This document shows, in pieces, positions 17,460-25,375 of a DNA stretch of 33,255 nucleotides. The DNA lies in IMG/VR virus record IMGVR_UViG_3300001126_000011, positions 1 to 33,255 of that record; one strand, given 5' to 3'. Origin of the DNA: a virus (Duplodnaviria; Caudoviricetes). Both the position numbers and the translations under genes were made by a program. Each line of letters begins with the position of its first letter. The stretch's first letter is position 1. The notes beneath the pieces were generated by a model. The model ran no database searches, had not been told where the DNA came from, and was given only the letters and a program-made list of their open reading frames with translations.

Positions 17460-18985
17460 AAGGTTAACTCATCAACGACTTCAGCGACTACTTCAGCACG
17501 TCCCGCCAGCGTTGCCGCTGTCATTGCCTCTGCAATCACCTCAATGAGCTGCGTATCATCCAAGTTATCAAACTCACGGGCGATCATATCAGGCAGCGCC
17601 TCAAGACTTGGTGCAGTATTGATAATAGTCTCAAGACTTACTAACCACTCATCGACCGATGACTGACTGCTTGCTGCCAGCTTATCAATATTGGCATCCG
17701 CATAGTCCAGACGCACAGGCGTAAAACCTTGCTCAGAAAAATCCGCTTTCATTCCTGATACTTGAGCGCTAGCATTAGACTTGTTAGCACGCGCAGTAGG
17801 CGCAGCCTTAACTACCTCGTCAACTTCCACCTCATCTTCTGCCAAATTATATGCACGTTGAAAATACACTTTCGTCAGTCGTGCGCCGGCCTTTTGTAGT
17901 TTTTCATCACGGGTGGCGAGCTTATCAGTCACGTCCTCATCTGACCACATCGACCATGTTGGCATGATCTCATTGTCACCGATGTTTAGTTGCACCGCAT
18001 AACGTAGCAGCGTATTGATTGCCTCAGCGATCATCTCGCCATCAGCGTCACGGATATCATCGGTGACCTCAAGACCTGCTTGTGCACTGGCATTGGTACT
18101 GGATGAGTCAGTCGATTGGTCTTGACCCAGCAGCGCAATATTAATCTCGCTACGGCAGTACTTCAGCAGCCGCTCAAACATATCCGCGGTAGCGCCTTTA
18201 CCAGCTGCTTCCAATATCTCAACTGAGCCATCATTAGGAATCGCTGCTACGCCGTCTTGCGCTAGCGTCTCAAGGCTATCAAGTATTAGGTTAACCTCAC
18301 TGTCAGGCGTGCCGCGAGGATGCTTGCCCACGATAAAAGCTTGCCCATATTTATCGGCAAACCGTAGCCAAAACTTCAAGCCACCTTTACGGAATACCGC
18401 CGACCAATAGACGGCGGCAAGGTCTGCCACGCCATAAGGATTGGCATAGGTCGCATCATTACGTGCCATGATGAACTTCATATCAGGCACAGCATCGCCT
18501 GTGATATTACCCAATTGGCGAAAGCACAGCTCATTATCATGGTTAAAACTAAACCATTCAGGCGGTTTACCGATCACGCGCTCAGGCAGCCATAACCCAC
18601 CTGATTTGCCAGTGCCTTTAGACCAGTACACCTCAGCAGGACTATAACCGTACAGTGCTGCGTCATGCAGCTCACGAGTGAGTCCTCGCATATTGATATT
18701 GGCCAAAGTTTGCTGGCATAGATTGAGGGTTTTATCAGAGGCATTCCCTTGCGTGAGACCGTACTCAAGACCAACCACCGATGAGCGCCGACGCCGTACT
18801 GCACCTTTGATCGCAGGGTCGTTTAGGATATCGCGGTATACCTCGACATCACGTCCCAGTTTTTTGAGCACCGCATCAGGATTGGGCAACGCCATCATAA
18901 GACCGCCCATATCAAAGCCGCCATACATGGCAGCCGCACGGCTAGCGATCTCTGATGATAAGCTTTGAGTAATTTGTGCGGTCAT
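17456..18985 (-). CDS. Portal protein (Mu gp29, DUF935)
   Basis: NPYG......YW...F.K..LKFW..FADKYG, IALLGQ, DIRDAD motifs. Confidence 0.93.
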   Translation of the reverse strand: MTAQITQSLSSEIASRAAAMYGGFDMGGLMMALPNPDAVLKKLGRDVEVYRDILNDPAIKGAVRRRRSSVVGLEYGLTQGNASDKTLNLCQQTLANINMRGLTRELHDAALYGYSPAEVYWSKGTGKSGGLWLPERVIGKPPEWFSFNHDNELCFRQLGNITGDAVPDMKFIMARNDATYANPYGVADLAAVYWSAVFRKGGLKFWLRFADKYGQAFIVGKHPRGTPDSEVNLILDSLETLAQDGVAAIPNDGSVEILEAAGKGATADMFERLLKYCRSEINIALLGQDQSTDSSSTNASAQAGLEVTDDIRDADGEMIAEAINTLLRYAVQLNIGDNEIMPTWSMWSDEDVTDKLATRDEKLQKAGARLTKVYFQRAYNLAEDEVEVDEVVKAAPTARANKSNASAQVSGMKADFSEQGFTPVRLDYADANIDKLAASSQSSVDEWLVSLETIINTAPSLEALPDMIAREFDNLDDTQLIEVIAEAMTAATLAGRAEVVAEVVDELTL

Positions 18986-20697
18986 TAGTAACCTCGAATA
19001 ATTGAGTTAAAGCGCTGGCGCATACCGACGCCTTTTTGCACTTCTTTATCTTTAGCAGCAGGGCGACTATTCACGGTCAGCTTGCCATTTTTCATGTTGA
19101 GATAAGCGCAATTGGATAAGCATAGCGACGGCGCAAAATCCCCATGGCGTACAAGGTCTGGGTCTTTTAAATCTTCGCGCCTTAGCGTGTTGACCATCTT
19201 AATACCGTTCACGTCTTCAATCTGGCGCAAGTCTTGAGTTAAGTTGTTATCAGCAGGGATAGTTATCATATCGTCTTCAAATAGCCCTGTCATTTTAGGC
19301 ATGTATTCGCCGTACCACTTTAGGTTGAGCTTGACCTGCATGATCCGAGAGTGACCGTATTTATCAGCGGTCAGCTCAGCCGTGGTCTCACCACTACCTG
19401 TAGCATCCATCGCGCCGCCAATAAAGTTCGGCAAGCCATCAATAAACGCCCACAGTATTTGCATTTGCTGGCGGGCGGGTACTTTTTGCATCTCAATCAC
19501 AAACGGTACGTTACGTTGTAGATTCTGTTCAATACCGAGCGGATTGATAATACTAAAGTCACGGTGACGGGCATAATCTTGCCCAAAGTACCACGGCATT
19601 CGCGGATCAAGCTCTGCAAGTAGCGGCTCTAGATGCACCTTAATCCACGCATCCGCAAAGTCTTCGCGTTCATCGACTGTCTTTTCGACGAAGTTCTCAG
19701 GCAGTATCAAGCGCAGCACAGTGCGACCTTGTACCGATGCGCGTTCAATCCATACCGTCGGTAGACTGGTACTATTACCATCACGCGGTATGGCGTCCAG
19801 CTCTTCACGCATCTGCGCTTTACGGCTACCATAACCACGGCGGATTTTCTTATACCACTTTTCTTTACCCTCAGGCGTTGGCAGCTCGCCTTTAATGAGA
19901 CACACGCGCTCATACAGCCCATTGGCTACTGCATCATCAAAGGTGACTTTATAGACGATGGCTGTGTCTTTATAGACATCGCCTTCAATCTCTTTAATAA
20001 GCTGATTAAAGGCATTAGTCGTGCCGTTGTGGGTGCTGATAATGACAATACGGCTACCCCAAATCAGTAGCGCCGTTGCAGCATCTAGTACCGCCTGTAC
20101 GTTACGATGGAACGCCGCTTCATCAATAATGACATGCCCTTGCAAGCCACGGATGTTTTCAGGGCGGCTTGATAGCGCGACAATCTGAAAGCCACTGGCT
20201 AAGCGAATACGCCAACTGGTGATGTATTTGGTTTTGCCGTGTTCGTCTTGGTCTTCAAACAAAAACTCTTCAATACCGCTCACGCCTTGACCTTGAGCGA
20301 CTGCAATCGTACGCAGGAACTTGGCACAGTAACCGACAAACTCAAGGCCTTTTTCTTTGGTATCGCCCACGTAGTAGACGTTATCGCCGCCTGCATGGCG
20401 TTGACTGGCCGCCACCAGAGACTTATCAAGCGCCATACCAAAAGTAATACCTGTTCGCCGTCCTTTTTCCACGACCAAGATGTCATACTCATGCGACAGT
20501 GCAATGGTCTCTGATTGGTGGCGCATGAGTAACCCATCCGCCATAGGATTAAACGTATCAGGAATATCACGTACCGACTGGGGTAGCTCTTCCCATTCCA
20601 CGATAGCCTTGGTGTCACGGGCAGGTTTAAGCGTACTCATAAGCTTAGCACCAGCGACGGCTGCGCTATTGGCAAAGGCTTTTATCTTGTCGCTCAC
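18985..20697 (-). CDS. Terminase large subunit (Mu gp28-like)
   Basis: EKGRRTGIT Walker A variant, VIIDEAAF Walker B, ISTHNG, GQDYAR..D, DATGSG, HGD; start uncertain (GTG 20697 with RBS, or ATG 20640). Confidence 0.92.
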   Translation of the reverse strand: MSDKIKAFANSAAVAGAKLMSTLKPARDTKAIVEWEELPQSVRDIPDTFNPMADGLLMRHQSETIALSHEYDILVVEKGRRTGITFGMALDKSLVAASQRHAGGDNVYYVGDTKEKGLEFVGYCAKFLRTIAVAQGQGVSGIEEFLFEDQDEHGKTKYITSWRIRLASGFQIVALSSRPENIRGLQGHVIIDEAAFHRNVQAVLDAATALLIWGSRIVIISTHNGTTNAFNQLIKEIEGDVYKDTAIVYKVTFDDAVANGLYERVCLIKGELPTPEGKEKWYKKIRRGYGSRKAQMREELDAIPRDGNSTSLPTVWIERASVQGRTVLRLILPENFVEKTVDEREDFADAWIKVHLEPLLAELDPRMPWYFGQDYARHRDFSIINPLGIEQNLQRNVPFVIEMQKVPARQQMQILWAFIDGLPNFIGGAMDATGSGETTAELTADKYGHSRIMQVKLNLKWYGEYMPKMTGLFEDDMITIPADNNLTQDLRQIEDVNGIKMVNTLRREDLKDPDLVRHGDFAPSLCLSNCAYLNMKNGKLTVNSRPAAKDKEVQKGVGMRQRFNSIIRGY

Positions 20698-20698
20698 G

Positions 20699-21274
20699 TT
20701 AAATCCCTTTTTTAACCCCTGATTTGACACCGAGGAACTCACGCCGCCAAAAGTCTACTTGTTCCGCACCCAGACCACCCGCTTGTGCATGTTCCTCAAG
20801 CTTTTCGGCTTGTTCAGCGAGCAGCTCCGCTCGAGCACGAGCTTTGACTTCTGTTTCCCATTTTTTTTGGGTGATGTTAGCGCGGGTCAGCTCAGCCATA
20901 GATTTACTAATTTTGGCGAGTAACAGCAATCGCTCTTCAGGGGTCTGGTCGTCCTCAAGCTCTTTTAAGGCAACAAGGCCATTAAAGGCCTCAGTCTGCA
21001 TCAGCGTGATGGTGGCATTCGATAGCGCACCCGTATCATCGGCGGCATTTTCGGCAAAGTGTATCGCCATATCGGTCGCCACTTTAGCCGCGGCCAACTT
21101 GGTTTCCAGCTTTTTACCATAGCGATGGACTGATGACTTACTGATCTCATAGCCTAATCGTTGTAGCCAACCTGCCAAGTCTTCATAGCCATTAAAGCCA
21201 TTATCAAACAGCTTATCGTCTAGCTGTTTTTTGTGGTCAGCGGCCAGCTTGTCGATTGCACTTTCGCGTGCCAT
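20699..21274 (-). CDS. Mu gp27-like small terminase (DUF3486)
   Basis: MAR.S.IDKL, GYEISKSSVHRYG. Confidence 0.85.
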   Translation of the reverse strand: MARESAIDKLAADHKKQLDDKLFDNGFNGYEDLAGWLQRLGYEISKSSVHRYGKKLETKLAAAKVATDMAIHFAENAADDTGALSNATITLMQTEAFNGLVALKELEDDQTPEERLLLLAKISKSMAELTRANITQKKWETEVKARARAELLAEQAEKLEEHAQAGGLGAEQVDFWRREFLGVKSGVKKGI

Positions 21275-21275
21275 A

Positions 21276-21587
21276 TTAGCTCCAATACTTTGCAGGGCGA
21301 GCGATACCAGCGCGGCAGTCTACCGTATAGTCCACGACATCGATACCGAGTGCAGTACAGCGCCCATGCCAGTGTCCGTCTGGATTTTTAGTCAGCATTA
21401 CCATCTTGCGTTTTTCAAGATAGCTAAGCTGCTGGTGCAACTCGGTGGGCGTCACCTCACCGTAGATATCATCCATGATGGTTTTTAGCATCACATCACC
21501 GCAGCCAAGTGGTTCGGCGCGGTGCATGGCAACGAGTAGATACCAACGCATACCCTCGCGGCGGCTTTTATCAAGATCAATAGGCAT
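21276..21587 (-). CDS. Mu gp26-like winged-helix protein
   Basis: RRE.MRW.LL, LSYLE.R..V, T..G.DVV......GIARP. Confidence 0.75.
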   Translation of the reverse strand: MPIDLDKSRREGMRWYLLVAMHRAEPLGCGDVMLKTIMDDIYGEVTPTELHQQLSYLEKRKMVMLTKNPDGHWHGRCTALGIDVVDYTVDCRAGIARPAKYWS

Positions 21588-21590
21588 CAG

Positions 21591-21920
21591 TTATCCTTGT
21601 TTTTGCTGGTTTAACAGCTCATAGAGCCGATCAAGTTTGGCTTCAACCACAGTAAATGTACGGTTGAAGTCCGCGCGCGTTAGATATTTTTCAGGCAGCT
21701 CAGCCTTGAGTAGAAGGAAGTCTCTTTCAATTTGCCTAACCTCAGTGGTTTGCTGTTGCACTTGCTTTGATACGTTACTGATTGCATCTTCTAGCGAGTC
21801 ATCACGCTCACGAAGCGCCGTATCAAAGCGAGCAAAAAACGCCGAACCTGCACCCCAGATTGAGCCTGCAATGGTGAGCAAGATACCGATGGCTTGATAG
21901 GCTTCAAGTTCCAATGTCAT
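21591..21920 (-). CDS. Membrane-anchored coiled-coil protein (Mu gp25-like position)
   Basis: N-terminal TM, LKAELP.KY..R.DF....EAKLD; start ATG 21920 with AAGGAG RBS. Confidence 0.65.
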   Translation of the reverse strand: MTLELEAYQAIGILLTIAGSIWGAGSAFFARFDTALRERDDSLEDAISNVSKQVQQQTTEVRQIERDFLLLKAELPEKYLTRADFNRTFTVVEAKLDRLYELLNQQKQG

Positions 21921-22117
21921 TACTGCTCCTTGTGATATGGCTGGCATTCAATGCAGTAGGTGGCATGAGGGGCGGCTTTTTTGCGGTCAGTACCGATAGG
22001 GTCACCGCAATCGATGCAGTCCGTAATATCATTAGCGGCTTGGGTTTTGATACGGGATAGCGCGGCGTTTAGATGCACCGCCGCGATTTTGTTGGCATCA
22101 TCAATAATGTCACCCAT
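21920..22117 (-). CDS. TraR/DksA C4-type zinc finger protein
   Basis: MGDIIDDA, CIDCGDPI...R...P.ATYCIECQ. Confidence 0.9.
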   Translation of the reverse strand: MGDIIDDANKIAAVHLNAALSRIKTQAANDITDCIDCGDPIGTDRKKAAPHATYCIECQPYHKEQ

Positions 22118-22418
22118 TACCACCTACCTTGCCACTGCCTTTGATGGGCTTGCCTGTGACAAGGCGCAAGATGGCATTGATAAACGCCACACCTGTTGCC
22201 AGTACACCGTAGACCTCAGGGGTCATTAGCGCCTCAAGGCTAGGCGTAGCAGCCGTTGCCAGCGTCATCGCAGTGATGATGAGATTAAACCAGATGGTTT
22301 TGGACTCGTACCATGCCTTATGCTCAGGCGTGGGTATGGGCTGATTAGTGGTTGGCGAGGTCTGGGGGAGTCCAGCATGGCTTACCTCATGAGGGAATGG
22401 TTCAACATGATCGGACAT
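22110..22418 (-). CDS. Putative holin
   Basis: WYESKTIWFN plus two TM segments and LR.VT..PI; adjacent to endolysin. Confidence 0.7.
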   Translation of the reverse strand: MSDHVEPFPHEVSHAGLPQTSPTTNQPIPTPEHKAWYESKTIWFNLIITAMTLATAATPSLEALMTPEVYGVLATGVAFINAILRLVTGKPIKGSGKVGGNG

Positions 22419-23215
22419 TACCAGCCCTCCTGCTTAGCTTTTTTATAGGCCGCTGCGAGCTTGGTATCGTACTTATTCGCCTTGTAGCCTTCACCGTTAT
22501 AGCGCAAGGCAAACCCAGCCCAGTCATTACGCTGTATCTCATCGACTAAGCCGTTGACCTTGATGTATCGACACATAGCATCTATCTGCGCAGCCTCCGA
22601 CTCATGCATCGCATCTATGAAAGCCTTGAGCGATGGGTACTTTAGATCTTGCCAATTAAAGCCCATGACCTGACCCTTACCCCAGCTACACGCCATGTGT
22701 GCGGCGTCCCAGTCCAGCACTGCTGCAACGGCTAGCTTGTCATGTTGTGGACGCACGTTATACAGCGAGCGATCCCATGTGCGGCTTACCATGTCAGGAA
22801 ATAGCGTTTGTAGCTGATCACGCTTGGTAATGATATTGGCGCGTGTGAGGTACTTGTAATAGATATGCGGCTCAAACAGGATCGTTGGACGGCCTTCATC
22901 GTCGAAGCCGTCCATTGGGCACTCAACGTCTATGATCGATTTTAGGGCAGCGGCTTCGACGCCTAGACCTTTGGCACTAGCGACAATATCAGCACGAGTT
23001 AGCACAGGTAAAGTGACACTAGCGCCAGCCCCAGCTTGTACGGCAATAGCACTACCAAAAATAGTAATGATCTCTTGAAGGTCAGCAGGATTTATAGGGC
23101 GAAATATTGTATTGACTAGATCAACGATATCTTGAGTCAAACCATATTCATCCAGCATTGTTTTAGACCAGTCAAAAAACGCTTTATCGGTCATTATTGG
23201 TTTGTTATTAGACAT
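22418..23215 (-). CDS. Endolysin, N-acetylmuramidase (DUF3380 family)
   Basis: IIDVE, ILFEPH, SWGKGQVMGFNW, FA..YNG.GY..N.YD.KL..AY. Confidence 0.92.
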   Translation of the reverse strand: MSNNKPIMTDKAFFDWSKTMLDEYGLTQDIVDLVNTIFRPINPADLQEIITIFGSAIAVQAGAGASVTLPVLTRADIVASAKGLGVEAAALKSIIDVECPMDGFDDEGRPTILFEPHIYYKYLTRANIITKRDQLQTLFPDMVSRTWDRSLYNVRPQHDKLAVAAVLDWDAAHMACSWGKGQVMGFNWQDLKYPSLKAFIDAMHESEAAQIDAMCRYIKVNGLVDEIQRNDWAGFALRYNGEGYKANKYDTKLAAAYKKAKQEGW

Positions 23216-23250
23216 AAAAAAACCTGTTAGCTTATTATTGCTAACAGGTT
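23216..23250 (-). terminator. Terminator hairpin enclosing the endolysin RBS
   Basis: AACCTGTTAGC-AATAATAA-GCTAACAGGTT-TTTTT-ATG; perfect 11-bp stem. Confidence 0.8.
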
Positions 23251-23291
23251 ATAAAAAACAGACGTTTTTTGATTTTATAGGGAATTAAGGA
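23246..23291 (-). promoter_or_regulatory. Late promoter copy 4 (lysis/packaging operon): activator site 23272-23291 plus -10 TAACCT 23251-23246
   Basis: TCCTTAATtccCTATAAAAT, 20 nt, TAACCT. Confidence 0.8.
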
Positions 23292-23297
23292 TTATAA

Positions 23298-23329
23298 GGT
23301 TAAAAGCGAATACGTATTCGCTTTTAACC
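23298..23329. repeat. Perfect 32-bp palindrome after the repressor operon (hairpin/terminator or protein site)
   Basis: GGTTAAAAGCGAATAC-GTATTCGCTTTTAACC. Confidence 0.85.
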
Positions 23330-23335
23330 CAAATA

Positions 23336-24130
23336 TCAAACCGCATCTATTGTAAAGAACAGTCCGCCCAAGCCCTCAGAGTAGTTTGCAGCGTAGCTGG
23401 CATTACCAATCACGCGCTTTTGGCTCTCGCCTTTATTATCGATAGCGGCAGGAATTATATCAAGTATTGCTTGACTGACTTCCTCTTTAGCGACTGAGCC
23501 ATTAACAGCATTGGCGGCAGCCAGACTCATTGCGATTACCTTTAGATTTTCTGTGCCAGTGCCGTTACCACCAATAGCTAAAATGATGCCGCGTAGCTTA
23601 CCGTCGTCGGTGATGATACCAGACATACTAGCGTTATTAGGCATAGGCGCATAGCTTACCGATTGACCGTTATCAATACCATTAATAATTAGATTTTTAT
23701 CCGCTTTTGCGATGATGGCATTGTAGTTTTTGACAAACTGGTCAGAGGTGAGATCAAAGTCAGGTAGTGTGTTTTTGACCTCAATAGGCTCAGCTTCAAC
23801 TGCTGGCTCAACTGCTTTTGGCGTCTCTTTAACTTCGGCTATTTCAGGCGTGGCTACAGGCTGCGGTTCAGGTTTGGCGGGTTCTGTCTTATCAACTGGT
23901 TCATCAACAGCGGCGGTTAGCTCATCGTCTACAGCGGGCAACATCGCACCGCCAATCCCTAAGCACAGTACGCTTGCCACGATACTAAACACCGCGATTT
24001 GCATACGGCTGGCATGAGTCTTGTCTGGTTTTTTGATCAGGCTTGGCTTAATTAGACCCACGATTAATATCAAAGGGAAAACAATCACGCCAAATAATAC
24101 CAACAACCCACCAAAAAACTCCATGCTCAC
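23336..24130 (-). CDS. Inner-membrane protein, two N-terminal TMs, Pro/Glu linker and extracytoplasmic domain (lysogenic conversion gene)
   Basis: Hydrophobic segments near aa 4-27 and 44-64, EPAKPEPQP linker; TAGGAG RBS; third gene of repressor operon. Confidence 0.75.
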   Translation of the reverse strand: MSMEFFGGLLVLFGVIVFPLILIVGLIKPSLIKKPDKTHASRMQIAVFSIVASVLCLGIGGAMLPAVDDELTAAVDEPVDKTEPAKPEPQPVATPEIAEVKETPKAVEPAVEAEPIEVKNTLPDFDLTSDQFVKNYNAIIAKADKNLIINGIDNGQSVSYAPMPNNASMSGIITDDGKLRGIILAIGGNGTGTENLKVIAMSLAAANAVNGSVAKEEVSQAILDIIPAAIDNKGESQKRVIGNASYAANYSEGLGGLFFTIDAV

Positions 24131-24139
24131 TCCTAATGA

Positions 24140-24562
24140 TTAATTTAATTGATACAACCGTTTTCTAAAGACTTCTTTACGCTGCTGAAGCTTACCAAGA
24201 TAAGCGCTCAATAAAGCGCAAATAGCAAAGCTAACGACAGCCAACCACATCACATTTATCCAAAAAGACAATAACATAACAAGTGCTGTACCTATTAGCC
24301 ATAAGCTATATTTATCAATCTGATGACTCATATAACCGATCTCTCGCCGCAACCGTCTACACTCTAACTCACCTTTAATATCTGCTCCGCAATGCACACA
24401 GTCTGGTGTATTTCGCCATGTATGTTGCTCGCATTGATGGCACTTTATTGCGTTTTGATGATATGGCGGTGGTGCGACACGCCCAAAATACACGTCGCCT
24501 TCATGTGTTCCCTGATTGATATAGCCATGATTTTCAGGCCAGTTATCGGGACTACTTGCCAA
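24140..24562 (-). CDS. Zinc-ribbon membrane protein with N-terminal motif shared with repressor C-terminus
   Basis: TTG start with GAGGTG RBS overlapping repressor stop; NHGYINQG motif; CHQC-x10-CVHCG; two TM helices. Confidence 0.75.
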   Translation of the reverse strand: MASSPDNWPENHGYINQGTHEGDVYFGRVAPPPYHQNAIKCHQCEQHTWRNTPDCVHCGADIKGELECRRLRREIGYMSHQIDKYSLWLIGTALVMLLSFWINVMWLAVVSFAICALLSAYLGKLQQRKEVFRKRLYQLN

Positions 24563-24613
24563 AATTCACCTCACCTTTATGCCTGCCTTGATTGATATAG
24601 CCATGATTATCAG
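24483..24613. repeat. 55-bp imperfect direct repeat (24483-24537 and 24559-24613)
   Basis: 46/55 identical by hand alignment, 20-bp exact core TGATTGATATAGCCATGATT. Confidence 0.92.
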
Positions 24614-25001
24614 TCGTATTATTAGGTGCGTTATTGATAGTCGCTGCGCCGCCACTGACTGATCCTATGCTGCCGCTATCGACTGTTTGTTTAGCATGAC
24701 TGCCAGCGCCGAGTAGTAACATCAATACTTGATTCTGAGTATCGTTATCTGCTTGATCATATTTCTCTAGTATGAGTGCTTTGTCATTACCCACACTCAC
24801 ATTACGCCCATGCACCAAATAATCAAGCGAATATCCCGTCATTTCTTGCAATTTTATCAGAAAACTAATGTCTGGTGAGCGTTCATCATTCTCATAGCGC
24901 TGTAGCGTGGCTGTTCCTACGCCTGTTTTATCGGCAAAAACCTTTCTAGACTCCTTACCTCTGATTGCAAAGATACGTTGTCCCAAAGTTAAACCAGCCA
25001 T
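24552..25001 (-). CDS. XRE-family HTH prophage repressor with low-complexity C-terminal tail
   Basis: LGQRI..IRG..SRK.FA...GV...TLQRYE..ERSP...SLDYLV.G; divergent from Ner-like gene; no S24 peptidase domain. Confidence 0.88.
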   Translation of the reverse strand: MAGLTLGQRIFAIRGKESRKVFADKTGVGTATLQRYENDERSPDISFLIKLQEMTGYSLDYLVHGRNVSVGNDKALILEKYDQADNDTQNQVLMLLLGAGSHAKQTVDSGSIGSVSGGAATINNAPNNTTDNHGYINQGRHKGEVNFGK

Positions 25002-25014
25002 AGCTACCTACCTT

Positions 25015-25034
25015 TTTAATCATTTTTGATAAAA
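25015..25034. promoter_or_regulatory. Putative operator O1
   Basis: TTTAATC-N6-GATAAAA, one mismatch to O2, 32 bp away. Confidence 0.6.
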
Positions 25035-25039
25035 TTTCA

Positions 25040-25068
25040 TTGACTATTTAATCCGAATGGATTAAATT
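25040..25068 (+). promoter_or_regulatory. Early promoter (TTGACT-17-TAAATT) overlapped by operator O2 (ATTTAATCC-gaat-GGATTAAAT, 25046-25067)
   Basis: Near-consensus sigma70 boxes with perfect 9-bp inverted repeat in spacer and -10. Confidence 0.72.
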
Positions 25069-25123
25069 ATATACATTGATTGGTACAAACTTGTTTCATT
25101 AACTCAAAGAAGGATTTTAGCAC

Positions 25124-25375
25124 ATGGCTACTAACACCGCAGCACCAACTGAACCTCAAACACCAAATCAATTTCGCAAGCAGCTCATTGATCAAGGATT
25201 GACACTAAAAGAATGGGCAGAAGCGCGGAACTACAATCCCGAATACTGCTCTCGTGTCCTAACTGGTCTTGTTAAAGGCACACGCGGCAAGGGGCATGAT
25301 ATTGCTGTTGCTATGGGTATCAAAGCTGATTTATCAGCCAAACCTCAAACAACTGTTAACGAGGTGAACGTATGA
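25124..25375 (+). CDS. Ner/Cro-like DNA-binding protein (BcepMu gp16-like)
   Basis: G.TLKEWA, VL.G..KG.RGKGHDIAVAMGIK. Confidence 0.88.
   Translation: MATNTAAPTEPQTPNQFRKQLIDQGLTLKEWAEARNYNPEYCSRVLTGLVKGTRGKGHDIAVAMGIKADLSAKPQTTVNEVNV

Noticed and set aside
24552-24566. +1 frameshift at AAT TTT GGC fusing repressor to the zinc-ribbon protein
   Set aside because: The TTG start has a good GAGGTG RBS, so translational coupling is simpler; fusion not excluded but unsupported
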